A stretch of DNA of 64,000 nt, taken from positions 3,264,001 to 3,328,000 of the forward strand of contig OZ244207.1 of assembly GCA_965216875.1 (NCBI GenBank). The letters are read 5' to 3'. Every line of letters starts with the position of its first letter. Within the stretch, counting starts at the first letter, position 1. The notes below the pieces were generated by a model. The model saw only the letters and a list, made by a program, of their open reading frames with translations, was not told the DNA's origin and did no database searches. The position numbers and the translations under genes are program-made. This document shows positions 27,871 through 37,914 of this stretch, piece by piece. Source of the DNA: Rubripirellula sp. (GTDB lineage Bacteria > Planctomycetota > Planctomycetia > Pirellulales > Pirellulaceae).

Positions 27871-29132
27871 CGCAAAGCCTCAGCCATGTCATCATCCGTT
27901 TCCAATTCGATCGGCGGCAGCGGATCTTCGAACTGCGCCCAAGCATCCGGCCCTTGCGCGAACTCGGCGTCGGTCAACAGGCATTCGTCCAAAATGTTCT
28001 CAATCCTTAGCTGCTCCATCCCTTGGCCGATAAACACCACTTGCTGATGTCGGTCGCCATGTTCGCCAGCAAAACTGGAGCGAATTTCCTGCCGCGCCTC
28101 CTCATCCTCTGGCCATTCTTCGTCGGGCGCGGCGGCCCACCAGAAGCCTGCAGGATGCATGCGAATCGAACACCCAGCCTGCGACCAGTCGTAGGCCCAC
28201 GCGTTTCGCGAGGCGAACCACATCAGACCTTTGCTTCTAAGCACGCCTGCGAGCAGTCCCTCGGTCATGTCGCCTTCGAGCGCCTCGGTCAATCGCTTTG
28301 GATGGAAGGGGCGATCACGTCGGTAGACGAAGTTTGAGATCCCATACTCTTCGGTCTCGGTCTCCTCCTCACCACGCGGCACCGCCAACCACTGCGGCAT
28401 CGCCTCTGCTTCAGCAAGCTTGAACCGGCCTGTCCCAAGCACGTTTGACAGCGGGACGCGACTCTCCGTCGAGTGCAGAATCTCCGCGGCGGGGTTCAAT
28501 CGCCGAATGATTTGATCGAGTTGCTCTAGCTCGTAGGGCGAGACCAAATCGGTTTTGTTGATGATCACCACATTGGCAAACTCGACTTGATCGACCAACA
28601 AGTCAACGATGTTGCGGTCGTCTTCTTCGCTGAGCCCCATTCGCCGGTCGGTGAGATCATCCCATGACCCAAAGTCCTTCATGAAATTGCCCGCGTCGAC
28701 AACCGTCACCATCGTGTCGAGGTCGGCGAGATTCGAAAGACTGCTTCCTTCCTCATCCTCAAACGTAAAGGTCTCGGCAACCGGTAGCGGTTCGCTGATT
28801 CCGGTCGACTCGATCAACAGGTAATCAAACTTGCCAGCACGAGCCAAGCGAGCGACTTCGATCAGCAGGTCTTCTCGCAGAGTACAACAGATACAACCGT
28901 TGGACATCTCGACCAACTGCTCTTCGGTCCGTGATAGGTCCGCTCCACCGTCACGCACCAGAGCGGCGTCGATATTGACTTCGCTCATGTCGTTGACGAT
29001 GACCGCAACGCGCATTCCCTCACGATTGGCGAGGATGTGATTGAGCAGGGTTGTCTTCCCGGCGCCCAAGAAACCGCTCAACACGGTCACCGGCAGCAGA
29101 TTCGGAACGTCGGGCGAAAACGGCTGATTCAT
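27867..29132 (-). CDS. COG0523 (CobW/ZigA/YciC-like) metallochaperone GTPase
   Basis: Start ATG 29132 (GGAG RBS); GFLGAGKTT, NGCICCTLREDL, IESTGISEP, NKTD, RPFHP..RSKG C-terminal domain. Confidence 0.95.
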   Translation of the reverse strand: MNQPFSPDVPNLLPVTVLSGFLGAGKTTLLNHILANREGMRVAVIVNDMSEVNIDAALVRDGGADLSRTEEQLVEMSNGCICCTLREDLLIEVARLARAGKFDYLLIESTGISEPLPVAETFTFEDEEGSSLSNLADLDTMVTVVDAGNFMKDFGSWDDLTDRRMGLSEEDDRNIVDLLVDQVEFANVVIINKTDLVSPYELEQLDQIIRRLNPAAEILHSTESRVPLSNVLGTGRFKLAEAEAMPQWLAVPRGEEETETEEYGISNFVYRRDRPFHPKRLTEALEGDMTEGLLAGVLRSKGLMWFASRNAWAYDWSQAGCSIRMHPAGFWWAAAPDEEWPEDEEARQEIRSSFAGEHGDRHQQVVFIGQGMEQLRIENILDECLLTDAEFAQGPDAWAQFEDPLPPIELETDDDMAEALR

Positions 29133-29263
29133 TTTGATCTCCAACAACAGGCGACGAGCAACACGATCGCCTGAGTAGATGCATAGAAAAAACGACTCTT
29201 CGAGCCGTCTCAGGGAGCAACCAGTGGAGCCTCCCCACCGGCAAGATCGCAATTTAACTACAT

Positions 29264-29280
29264 TTGCAACCCATATGCAA
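29264..29280. promoter_or_regulatory. Palindromic operator TTGCAA-N5-ATGCAA overlapping a candidate promoter of the COG0523 operon
   Basis: ttgcaacccatatgcaa; on the minus strand TTGCAT is followed 17-18 nt later by (T)TAAATT. Confidence 0.65.
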
Positions 29281-29309
29281 GTGCACAGACCGTGCACCCG
29301 CAGACAGCC

Positions 29310-29332
29310 GTAGCGTGTGTGCCTGCACGCAC
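29310..29332. repeat. GTAG-type REP family D
   Basis: gtagcgtgtgtgcctgcacgcac; reverse-oriented copies at 46631-46653, 48824-48846 and 61255-61277. Confidence 0.8.
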
Positions 29333-29469
29333 AATTCCGAGATTCCGATTGCCATGACTCTCCCTGTGCGCGGACGAACTTCGATCCACACGGAACCATC
29401 GAGTGTGATCGCCCACACCTTGCGGCGGATCGACTTGGAAGAATGCTGAAGTCTGGGCGTTTTCGCCGT

Positions 29470-32400
29470 TCACCGACTCGTCGCCATGACGGCGGGCTGC
29501 ACTCGGACCTTGCCGATGCTCCGCTGGGGCTCATGAACCAGCCACTCAGGCTCGGCTGATTGAGCCGTCTTGCAGCTGCGGCACATGGCCAAGATGTATG
29601 CCGATGGCGCGAAGAACAGTGCCAGAATCGTTGCACCGCCGACACCGCCAGCGATCGAGACCGCAAGTGGCGGCCAAAAACCACCGCCGCCGACCAGTAA
29701 GGGAACGAAGCCGGCAATCGTCGTCAGCGAGGTCGCCACCACGTGACGTGTCGAGCGAACAACAACCTCGGCGACGGCGACTGGCGATCCTTGCCGCGCC
29801 TGCTCGTCATCTCGTATCGCAGCCAGCACAACGATCGTGTCGTTGATGGCCACTCCGACGAGTCCCATCGTGCCCACAATCGCCATGAAACCAAAGGGAT
29901 ACCCGAACACCCACAGCGCCCCCACACCGAGCCCGGCAGAAAGGAAGGCGACAACGCCAATGATGCCAGCCATTCGAAACGAGCTGAAGGAAAGAACGAG
30001 CGTGGCAACCATCAGCACCATCAAGATGCCAACATTCACCATCAAGTTGCCAACCGCATCGTCGCGTTTGGCTGCTTCGCCGCCGAGCTGCATGGTGTAA
30101 CCGGGAGGCAGCTCGAACGACGATTGCTCCAAACGTTCTTGAACCTCCGCCAGCACAGTATCGGGGAGCACACCGGCGGTGATGTAGGCCTGGACCTCGT
30201 TCATCCGTCGCTGATTGAACCGCGGGATACTCGCTGACTGCGGTTCAAGTGAGATCGATGCCAATGCCGACAGAGGGACACCATTGTGCGAGGTGTCCGA
30301 CATCGTTGGCCCGAGTAACTCCAACGATGCGATCGATCGTACTTCGCCACGCTGTTGGTTGGACACGCGGACGCGCACGGGCAATTCTTCGGTTTGCTCA
30401 AGGATCGATCCACCGACAGCGCCTTCGAGTGTGCTGCTGAGTTGGTTTGCAATCCCGCTGTGATCGAGGCCTGCTAAACGAGCCTCGTCTTCATGCACCG
30501 AAAGGGAAAGCTTCGGAACGGTCTCGCCAAGGTCAGCGCGCGTGTGGACAACGTTGGCCGAGTCCGACATTGCCTTGCGCACTTGGTCACCAAGGCTGCG
30601 CAGCACTTGCAGGTCAGGGCCAAACAACCGGACCTCAATGGGTGCATCAAACGGTGGGCCCTGTTCCAGTTGCCGCACAAGCACGCGGCTCTCCGGAAAC
30701 GCCTGATCCAGTTCACCTTGCAGCTGACGAATCACCGACATTGGCTCCTTGCCTGTGGTGAGTTGCACCATCGCTTGTGCGTAGCTGGACGTATCCCGTC
30801 GGCGTGGAATCACGTTGTAGTAGAACGACGGCGCGCTTTCGCCAAGAAACCAAGATACCTCCTGAACGTCCTCGTGTCGCAACAACTGGTTGCGCATCCG
30901 ATTTGCCGTTTCGAGCGTTTCACTGACGGACGTTGTGGAAGGCAGCTCAAGCTCAATTTGAAACTGATCGCGATCGGCCGGCGGAAAGAACTGCTCCGGG
31001 AGCTTTGAAAACTGAAGAAAACCAATCAGGGGCAGTGCAACACCAGCGGCAATTCCGATTGCCGGTCGTGAAAACATCGCACGCAAGCCACGGCGATATC
31101 CGGCTAGCAACCGAGGCAGGTGCAAGCCCTCTTTCCACCATGTGGGACGAATCTTCAGACGATCGCCGCGCGGATGATTGTCTGAGGCACCGTCCGGGCC
31201 GAGCCGGGCGGTCAACGCGGTGATGGCAGGCACCACCGTCAACGCCAAGAACAGCGAACTAACAATCGCCATGATGACACTGACTGCGATCGAACCGACG
31301 AATTCGCCTGCCGGTCCCGGCATCAGTGCAATGGGCGCGAAAGCGAGCGCCGTGGTGACCGTCGATCCCAACAGAGGAAGCGCCAGATGACCGACGCTGC
31401 TCGAAACCGCTCGTGCCGGCGAGTCGGTGTGTCGCAGTCTTTCATTGACCTCGTCAACGATCACGATCGCATTATCAATCAAGAGCCCGAGCGCGATGAT
31501 CAGCCCCGTGACTGACATTTGGTGAATTGGGATCTCGAGCATTCGCATGCCGGTCAACACCATCAGCGCCGACAATGGAAGTGCGGTACCAACGATGATC
31601 GCGCTCCGCCAACCCATCATCACCAAGATCACTGAGATGACCGCGATACCGCCCAGGACGAGGTTACCCAGAAGGCCTGCTAAACGAGTCTCGACGTAGT
31701 CGTTCTGCTGAAAGATTGTGTGCAGCTCAATCCCGCGCGGCAGTGCATCGCGAAACTCACTTAAGGTATTGTCGACTTCCGCGGACCAATGATCGATGCG
31801 AACACTTGGACGCACCAATGCTCCAAGCGCGATCGCCGGCTTGCCGTGAACCAGTGCCAGACTTGAAGGCGGCTCCATCACGCCTTTGCGGATCGTTGCC
31901 ACGTCCAACAAACGCACGAACCGCCCCTCAGTGCCATTGGAATCGGTGCCATAGGAGATTGGAACGCGGCCAATTCGCTCGAGAGATTCAAACTCGCCCG
32001 AGACCTCCAACAGCAAATCGTCGCGACTGCGAAATCGACCAGCTGAGATCTTCGAATCGCTCGCCCGCAATTGATCGGAAACACTCTGCACGGTCAGACC
32101 CAACGCAGCAAGCTTCGCCTGATCGACCTCAACAACAACCTCTTCCTCGGGGTCACCAAAGGTGTCGACCTCTTCAGTCCCCGAAATGGCCAACAGCTCG
32201 TCGTCCAACTGTTCGGCCAACCGCCGCAATATGGCATAGTTGGGCGTTGGCTCGACATCCTCGTCAGTGCCGCTTGCCGGATTCCAAGTCAGCGCTGCGA
32301 TCAACGCGTAAGCCTTGACGTCCAATTGCTCAAACACCGGCTCCAGTGCGCCGTCCGGCAATGCGGGACGGGCGTCATCGAGCTTGTCGCGAATCCGCGA

Positions 32401-32715
32401 CCAAACCGTGTCGACTTCGTAGATATCGTCACGCAACTCGATGTTGACCGTCGAAACACCACTGCGCGACAGTGAGCGGACTTCTTTGATCTCGTCAATC
32501 TCTTGAAGCTCCTGCTCCAACTTCTCTGTCACTAACGATTCGACGCGTTCGGCATCCGCGCCAGGAAACCGAGTCACCACCATCGCGGCACGCTCGGTAA
32601 GCAGCGGATCTTCCATCCGCGGCAAGACGTAATACGAAGACAGGCCCCCGACCAGAATCAGAGCGACGGTCAAGACCATCAGCCGAGGATTGCGGTAGAA
32701 CAAATCGGACGTCAT
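29470..32715 (-). CDS. RND efflux permease (AcrB/AcrD/AcrF family)
   Basis: 1081 aa; FPGADAERVESLVT, ALGLLIDNAIVIVD, SLFLALTVVPA; TM and periplasmic-domain pattern typical of RND. Confidence 0.95.
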   Translation of the reverse strand: MTSDLFYRNPRLMVLTVALILVGGLSSYYVLPRMEDPLLTERAAMVVTRFPGADAERVESLVTEKLEQELQEIDEIKEVRSLSRSGVSTVNIELRDDIYEVDTVWSRIRDKLDDARPALPDGALEPVFEQLDVKAYALIAALTWNPASGTDEDVEPTPNYAILRRLAEQLDDELLAISGTEEVDTFGDPEEEVVVEVDQAKLAALGLTVQSVSDQLRASDSKISAGRFRSRDDLLLEVSGEFESLERIGRVPISYGTDSNGTEGRFVRLLDVATIRKGVMEPPSSLALVHGKPAIALGALVRPSVRIDHWSAEVDNTLSEFRDALPRGIELHTIFQQNDYVETRLAGLLGNLVLGGIAVISVILVMMGWRSAIIVGTALPLSALMVLTGMRMLEIPIHQMSVTGLIIALGLLIDNAIVIVDEVNERLRHTDSPARAVSSSVGHLALPLLGSTVTTALAFAPIALMPGPAGEFVGSIAVSVIMAIVSSLFLALTVVPAITALTARLGPDGASDNHPRGDRLKIRPTWWKEGLHLPRLLAGYRRGLRAMFSRPAIGIAAGVALPLIGFLQFSKLPEQFFPPADRDQFQIELELPSTTSVSETLETANRMRNQLLRHEDVQEVSWFLGESAPSFYYNVIPRRRDTSSYAQAMVQLTTGKEPMSVIRQLQGELDQAFPESRVLVRQLEQGPPFDAPIEVRLFGPDLQVLRSLGDQVRKAMSDSANVVHTRADLGETVPKLSLSVHEDEARLAGLDHSGIANQLSSTLEGAVGGSILEQTEELPVRVRVSNQQRGEVRSIASLELLGPTMSDTSHNGVPLSALASISLEPQSASIPRFNQRRMNEVQAYITAGVLPDTVLAEVQERLEQSSFELPPGYTMQLGGEAAKRDDAVGNLMVNVGILMVLMVATLVLSFSSFRMAGIIGVVAFLSAGLGVGALWVFGYPFGFMAIVGTMGLVGVAINDTIVVLAAIRDDEQARQGSPVAVAEVVVRSTRHVVATSLTTIAGFVPLLVGGGGFWPPLAVSIAGGVGGATILALFFAPSAYILAMCRSCKTAQSAEPEWLVHEPQRSIGKVRVQPAVMATSR

Positions 32716-34148
32716 TGCGACACCTCTTGGCTGTCATCGCTGGTAGCGAGCTCTTCGATTGGTTGGACCTGTTGACCTGGAACGATGCGCTGCGTCCCCG
32801 TGGTGATGAACCGATCTCCATCAACGAGCATTCCGCGAACCAACGTTCGCGTGCCGTCGGTGTACAGCACTTCGACGTCGCGGCGGCGAACTCGCTGCGA
32901 ATCATCACTCGAATCCGCTTCGACGACATACACCGCCCACAAACCTCGGAAGCTGCGAACCAGCGAAGTGGTTGGCACCCAGAACCCCTCGGCGGAATGT
33001 GTCTCTTCAACAACGACACGCACAACTTGGCCCGGAACTACGTGACCTGGGACAACTTGGCCCGGAACTACGTGACCCGGAACAACTTGGCCCGAGTCGC
33101 TCGCGTTGTTTAGGTCATTGTCGAACCGGAAAATCACGACTTGAGTACGCGTTTGCAGATCAACATCGGGAAGCAACCGGTCAACCTCCACACTCCAACT
33201 TGCGTTACCGACGATAGCGTTGAACTTCTCACCGGGGGCGAGGGTGCTGGCAACTTCGCTCGGTAGACCGATATGCGCTTCGAGCTCGGAAGTCTCGACG
33301 ATCTTCAAAATAGGCTGCGCGGGCGCGACTACGGTCCCTTCATCAATGAATCGTTTTGCGATCTGTCCGTCATAGGGCGCGACCAGCGTGCTGTCAGAAA
33401 TCTCAATGTCGAGGTCTGCCAATTGTGCATCCAACTGGGCGACCGCAGCCGCTTGGGCAGCAATCCGCTCGGTGCGTGTTCCCGCTTCCAGTTCGTCTAG
33501 TTCCTCCTTCGCCACCGTCAATCTGGCTTGACTCGACTTGAGCCCCAATTCGATCTCGTCGAACTTTGATTTCGACGTGGCGTTTTGATCAAAGAGTTCG
33601 GTGACTCGTTTGTAGTTTCGCTTTTGCAGTTCGACCTGCGCCTCAAGATCCTTGAGGCGTCCGCGCGCTGCCTTGATCGTCTGAAGTCGGGGACCGGCGC
33701 GAAACTCTTCGAGCACGGCAGCAGCCTGGTCCCGCTCCGCCGCGACTTTGCGTTTTTGCAGCTCCAATTGCCGGCGGTCGAGATGGGCCAGTCCCTGACC
33801 CTGGCGGACCCATTGTCCTTGGTCGACCAAGATTTCGGTTACCTCTGCGGATCGTTCAAAACCGAGCTCACTCGCTCGGCGTGCTGCGACGAGCCCCGTG
33901 TAGGAACGATCGGCGCGGTACGAAGAGATGGCCGACAGCGTCTGCACTCGAACGGGCATGAGATTGGCTTGCGTTTTGGCGGCCGATTCCTGCTCCGCCC
34001 CCGTCAGCCTGGAGCCCAGGGCAACGAGCGAGCCCACCACCACAAAGAGCGACAACACCGCCAAGGATCGACGCAGAGTCACATTTTGACCAAGCGTCAA
34101 TTTGCGTCTAAAAAAAGGCTCACGAAGCGAGCGCTCGCTGGCATTCAT
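32712..34148 (-). CDS. RND periplasmic adaptor (membrane fusion protein)
   Basis: N-terminal TM, ELGFERSAEVTEILVDQG, coiled coil, LVAPYDGQI; start approximate. Confidence 0.9.
   Translation of the reverse strand: MNASERSLREPFFRRKLTLGQNVTLRRSLAVLSLFVVVGSLVALGSRLTGAEQESAAKTQANLMPVRVQTLSAISSYRADRSYTGLVAARRASELGFERSAEVTEILVDQGQWVRQGQGLAHLDRRQLELQKRKVAAERDQAAAVLEEFRAGPRLQTIKAARGRLKDLEAQVELQKRNYKRVTELFDQNATSKSKFDEIELGLKSSQARLTVAKEELDELEAGTRTERIAAQAAAVAQLDAQLADLDIEISDSTLVAPYDGQIAKRFIDEGTVVAPAQPILKIVETSELEAHIGLPSEVASTLAPGEKFNAIVGNASWSVEVDRLLPDVDLQTRTQVVIFRFDNDLNNASDSGQVVPGHVVPGQVVPGHVVPGQVVRVVVEETHSAEGFWVPTTSLVRSFRGLWAVYVVEADSSDDSQRVRRRDVEVLYTDGTRTLVRGMLVDGDRFITTGTQRIVPGQQVQPIEELATSDDSQEVSQ
33022..33094. 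repeat. In-frame 30-nt tandem repeat (about 2.4 copies) encoding QVVPGHVVPG
   Basis: acaacttggcccggaactacgtgacc(t/c)gg(g/a) twice plus a partial copy. Confidence 0.9.
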
Positions 34149-34851
34149 CTGGAAAGACTTCCTGTTGGAGTTTTTCAAACAACTCTTGATAGTCATATTC
34201 GGTCGACAAGGGCTGCCATTCATAGCCGTCGAGCACCATGTTGATCGCTTGCCGCACGGCATGATACGGATCAGCCACCCCGAGCTCTTCCATCGACTCG
34301 CTTGTAGCAATGATCGAGTAGGCCCCGAAGGTCTGTGACCACAGCCCGAAGACAAGCTCCTCAGGACACGTCCCCTCGGGCAGAGCCAGGTGGCCCTGTG
34401 CAATGCCGTCCCGGACGATCCCCGAGACGATTCCCATGCACCGCGTTTCGCAACCACGCATCGTTTGGCGTCGTTTTTCCGAAGTTTTTTCCCAAATCGA
34501 GAACGAGCGAATCAGCTGCTCGACATGGAAATGGGTCGGAAAAATCCTGACGAAAAGCTCGGCAGCCACGCCGATCGCGGCCAGTCGCTCCCGCGGCAGT
34601 CCACGGTAGGCGGCCGCTCGCTGAAACATGTCCGTCCGTTGGTTCATCGTCTGGATAGCCAGCGCGATGATGATTTCCTCTTTGCAGGGGAAATGGTTGT
34701 AGATCGTGCCCTTGGAGTATTCCAACTCGCTGGCGATCGCATCCATGTTCAAGCCGTGGTAGCCACCGCGCAGCAATTGTTCGCGGGCCAGATCGAGTAT
34801 CCGACCTTCCCGTTCCCTAATTTCGCGTTGTTTTCGGCTCAAAGTGTTCAT
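34120..34851 (-). CDS. TetR/AcrR family transcriptional regulator
   Basis: ILDLAREQLLRGGYHGLNMDAIASELEYSKGTIYNHFPCKEEI HTH. Confidence 0.95.
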   Translation of the reverse strand: MNTLSRKQREIREREGRILDLAREQLLRGGYHGLNMDAIASELEYSKGTIYNHFPCKEEIIIALAIQTMNQRTDMFQRAAAYRGLPRERLAAIGVAAELFVRIFPTHFHVEQLIRSFSIWEKTSEKRRQTMRGCETRCMGIVSGIVRDGIAQGHLALPEGTCPEELVFGLWSQTFGAYSIIATSESMEELGVADPYHAVRQAINMVLDGYEWQPLSTEYDYQELFEKLQQEVFPDECQRALAS

Positions 34852-34860
34852 GACTTCCCC

Positions 34861-34888
34861 ATTATTGACGTTTCGTCAAAAAAGTCAA
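34861..34888 (-). promoter_or_regulatory. Sigma70-type promoter with embedded palindromic operator for the tetR-MFP-RND operon
   Basis: TTGACT-16 nt-AATAAT on the minus strand; palindrome TTGACG-N3-CGTCAA at 34865-34879. Confidence 0.7.
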
Positions 34889-34934
34889 GCCGCATGAGCT
34901 AAAACCAGGCAGCGGCCTGCGGTGATTTTTTCAG

Positions 34935-35118
34935 TGTCGCCTTTCGCTCCGCGAAAGTAGCGTACGCAAACGCAACTTTGCTCACAAAAAACCACTGCCA
35001 ATCTCGCGAGCCGTTTGTAGTCCCGCCTTCAGGCGCAATCCCCGTGAGCCGAACGCGCTAGCGTCGGGCCTTGCAGTTTCCGTCTCGCAGCGCCCAACGC
35101 TAGCGCGTGCGGCTCACG
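34935..35118. repeat. Cluster of three different REP-like families (A 34935-34979, E 35015-35035, C-core inverted pair 35043-35118)
   Basis: Direct sequence matches to other copies in the window. Confidence 0.8.
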
Positions 35119-35136
35119 CTACAAAGAACCACCCGC

Positions 35137-35946
35137 CTAGTCCAACACCTGTGGCGGAAAGGTGATGTAGGGCTCACGTTGATAGTCGGGCCGCGAAAGG
35201 ATGCTTCCCCTCAAACTCTCCGAACGCTCCACCTCCCAGACAGGCATACGATTGAGCGACGCCATCAACTTATAGAAGGTGAATCGTGACCATGCGTATC
35301 GCCAAACCGGTACACCTGCGTCATCAACCTGCCGATCAATGATCAAAACGGCTTCAGGGTCTGTGCCCACTGCAAACGCGAACAAAGCGCCTGCGGAGTC
35401 TGCCGAGTCATACCGGTAGAGCGGATTTGGCATGAGGCGACATTGCTCGACGTCGCCATCTCGATCGGTGACCTCCACCGCGAACTGTCGCGCCAAACCG
35501 CGCAGTTGAGTATGGCGTTGACGCTCGGTGGTCCCCGGCGACGGCGCATCATCGAAGTCCATGTAGCGAAGCGTGTTCGGCGGCGGCGACCACATCTTTG
35601 TACCGCCACAACTGCCAACGATCGGCAAGGCGGACAAGACCCGGAACGCATTCTTTCGGCGCACTTCGGTTTTATACACGAACGTGAAGCACGTCCCTAA
35701 CACCGCGGGTTGTCCCTTGTGCGTCCACAGAAAAACTGCGCCATCCTCGTCGCTGCGAGCAGGGTTCTTCCAATTAAGCAGTGGCTTCTCGACGCGTTTG
35801 AACACATCGTCTGATCCGGCAACCTCAAAGCGATAGCGGTCAGCTTGAGCGAGAAAGCGATCGCTTTGATCCGCTTCTTGGGCTGGTCCGCTTCTCGGAC
35901 AAAGCACAAACACAATGCCTAGCAACAGCACACGATTCGAAATCAC
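35137..35946 (-). CDS. Hypothetical secreted protein; paralogue of 8811-9629
   Basis: GTG 35946 with GGGGAG RBS; PLLNWKNP, RHTQLRGLARQF, RLMPNPLYRY, ALFAFAVGTDPE. Confidence 0.8.
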   Translation of the reverse strand: MISNRVLLLGIVFVLCPRSGPAQEADQSDRFLAQADRYRFEVAGSDDVFKRVEKPLLNWKNPARSDEDGAVFLWTHKGQPAVLGTCFTFVYKTEVRRKNAFRVLSALPIVGSCGGTKMWSPPPNTLRYMDFDDAPSPGTTERQRHTQLRGLARQFAVEVTDRDGDVEQCRLMPNPLYRYDSADSAGALFAFAVGTDPEAVLIIDRQVDDAGVPVWRYAWSRFTFYKLMASLNRMPVWEVERSESLRGSILSRPDYQREPYITFPPQVLD

Positions 35947-36098
35947 TGCACTCCCCTTCGGACTTGACCAGGTCACCACCGAACCACGGCGACCCCCTCA
36001 ACATAGACATCCTGTCTACAGGCGTCAAACTCGCGACTCACTTTGGGTTATCAGTCCACTCAACGCGGCCTTCTGCTGTGACTGACCAATGAAGGGGC

Positions 36099-37439
36099 TT
36101 GCGAGAAACCTGGTCAAAGCTACCTTCTCGCACGTCACCCGATTCTGATCATGTTGCGTTTGTACCGTTGCCCAAACACCTCGCTGAACGACTTCCGTTT
36201 TTCTATGGCTACGTCATGGTGTTGCTGGCGATGGTCATGCAGCTTGGAACAAGCCCCGGCCAAACCTTTGCCGTTAGCGCTTTCACGCCCTCACTGCTCG
36301 AGTCGCTCGAGTTGAGTCAAAGCCAACTTGGTTTGGCGTACATGCTTGGAACGTTGCTCGCCGCGATCCCTCTGAGTATGGTTGGCCCCGCTTCGGACCG
36401 TTTCGGACTGCGCTTCGTTTCTTGCATCGTGATCGTGGGGCTGTCGACAGCATGCTTTTGCGCCGCCGGGGCGTCCGGCTATTGGACGCTGCTGTTTTCA
36501 TTTTTTCTCTTGCGATTCCTTGGCCAGGGCGCGCTCACGTTGCTTGCCGGCAATACAACGGCCATGTGGTTCCGATCTCGCATTGGACGGGTTTCGGCGA
36601 TCCTGTCGATCGGTTCCGCTGTCGCATTCGCGTACATTCCCCATTGGATCACCGAGAGCATTTCGGCGTACGGCTGGCGTGGCACCTATCAAATCATCTC
36701 CGCCATCCTGCTCGTCGGACTCTTGCCGCTTGTCTGCTTGCTGTACCGAAACCGCCCTGAAGATCTCGGACAACACGTGGACGGTTTGGCTGTTCAGCCG
36801 TCGTCCGAACGTTCGCATACAAATGGCACACCAAAGAGCTTCGGTGGCGACTCATTGACGCTTCGCCAAGCCATGCGAACGGCAAGCTACTCCATCTTGG
36901 CTGGCTCCAACATTGTGTGGGCAATGTCGGGAACAGGCATTCTGTTTTATCTGTTCACTTTGTGTGACGAACGTTCGCTCGGTGCCGCGGCAACGTCGGG
37001 ACTGTTTCGTTACCTCGGCTTCAGCATGCTTGCGGCGCAATTGGCTGGCGGTGTTCTGGCCGACTATCTACGACTGAATCGTCTATTCGGTTTAGGAACG
37101 TCGTTGGTCGCCGCATCTTTGGTGGTGCTGGCGACCGACCATACCGAACGGGGAGCGGAGTGCTTTGCCGTCTTATTTGGCGCCGGACAGGGAATGCTGA
37201 TTTCGATTTCGGGGATTGCCATGCTGCGGTTCTACGGAAGAGACCACTTGGGGAGTGTCCGTGGCGCAGTGTGGTGCGGGACGGTTGCCGGCAGCGGTTG
37301 TGGCCCACTGCTGATGGGATGGATTCACGACACTTCAGGATCCTATGATCCAGCAATTGGTCTGTTTGCGGCCCTCATGCTACCGCTAGCGATCGCATCC
37401 TGGTTCATACGCCCACCCATCCTGAGCCGTCCGCGCTAG
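36099..37439 (+). CDS. MFS transporter
   Basis: About 12 TM segments; PFFYGY, SPGQTFAVSAF, GPASDRFGLR, GVLADYL; start uncertain. Confidence 0.9.
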   Translation: MRETWSKLPSRTSPDSDHVAFVPLPKHLAERLPFFYGYVMVLLAMVMQLGTSPGQTFAVSAFTPSLLESLELSQSQLGLAYMLGTLLAAIPLSMVGPASDRFGLRFVSCIVIVGLSTACFCAAGASGYWTLLFSFFLLRFLGQGALTLLAGNTTAMWFRSRIGRVSAILSIGSAVAFAYIPHWITESISAYGWRGTYQIISAILLVGLLPLVCLLYRNRPEDLGQHVDGLAVQPSSERSHTNGTPKSFGGDSLTLRQAMRTASYSILAGSNIVWAMSGTGILFYLFTLCDERSLGAAATSGLFRYLGFSMLAAQLAGGVLADYLRLNRLFGLGTSLVAASLVVLATDHTERGAECFAVLFGAGQGMLISISGIAMLRFYGRDHLGSVRGAVWCGTVAGSGCGPLLMGWIHDTSGSYDPAIGLFAALMLPLAIASWFIRPPILSRPR

Positions 37440-37555
37440 CGTCGGGCCTTGCACTCTTTTGCCAATCTCTCTGGGCCCGACGCAAGCGCGTTCGGCTCAC
37501 AAACAATCAGAGCCACGCTCAATCGAATGTCGCCTTTCGCTCCGCGAAAGTAGCG
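37423..37555. repeat. REP-like cluster (C-core inverted pair 37423-37500; family A 37528-37555)
   Basis: tgagccgtccgcgctagcgtcgggcc...ggcccgacgcaagcgcgttcggctcac; overlaps the MFS stop codon. Confidence 0.8.
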
Positions 37556-37723
37556 TCCGCAAACGCGACGTTTGCATGGTCACCGGATGTCATCCCGCCA
37601 CTCGGCACAAGCGTCTGAAGATTCCGGCTAAAGCTCGGTACGACGAACGAGCGGCTCGTAGATAGCGAGAGCCGAATTGGCATAAGTCGTCAACAATGAC
37701 GACTCGGCAAGAAGAGAAAAGAG

Positions 37724-37797
37724 TGGGCGATACAGAATTCGAATCTGTGACCTCTGCGGTGTGAACACAGCGCTCTAACCAACTGAGCTAATCGCCC
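37724..37797 (-). tRNA. tRNA-Val(CAC)
   Basis: GGGCGAT-TA-GCTCAGTTGGTTAGAGC-G-CTGTG TTCACAC CGCAG-AGGTC-ACAGA TTCGAAT TCTGT-ATCGCCC-A; CCA not encoded. Confidence 0.96.
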
Positions 37798-37914
37798 TTC
37801 GAATGTTCGTTCGAATTATAGGTGTTCGCTTGGTTTGCGAATAGTGAACCATGCGGACGCATGTTCTTCCGGTGAACGATGCGTTGCTGGTTCGTTGGGT
37901 TGCGCCCGCGGTGA

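Noticed and set aside
29133..29717. 195-aa N-terminal extension of the COG0523 GTPase (and similar extensions of nrdA, MFP, aminotransferase, DUF1552)
   Set aside because: The extensions overlap other genes, repeats or promoter elements and lack domain features. Downstream starts coincide with the domain or signal-peptide start, several with a clear RBS.
37724..37797. Integrative element at tRNA-Val
   Set aside because: No integrase nearby and no duplicated tRNA 3' end seen in the window.
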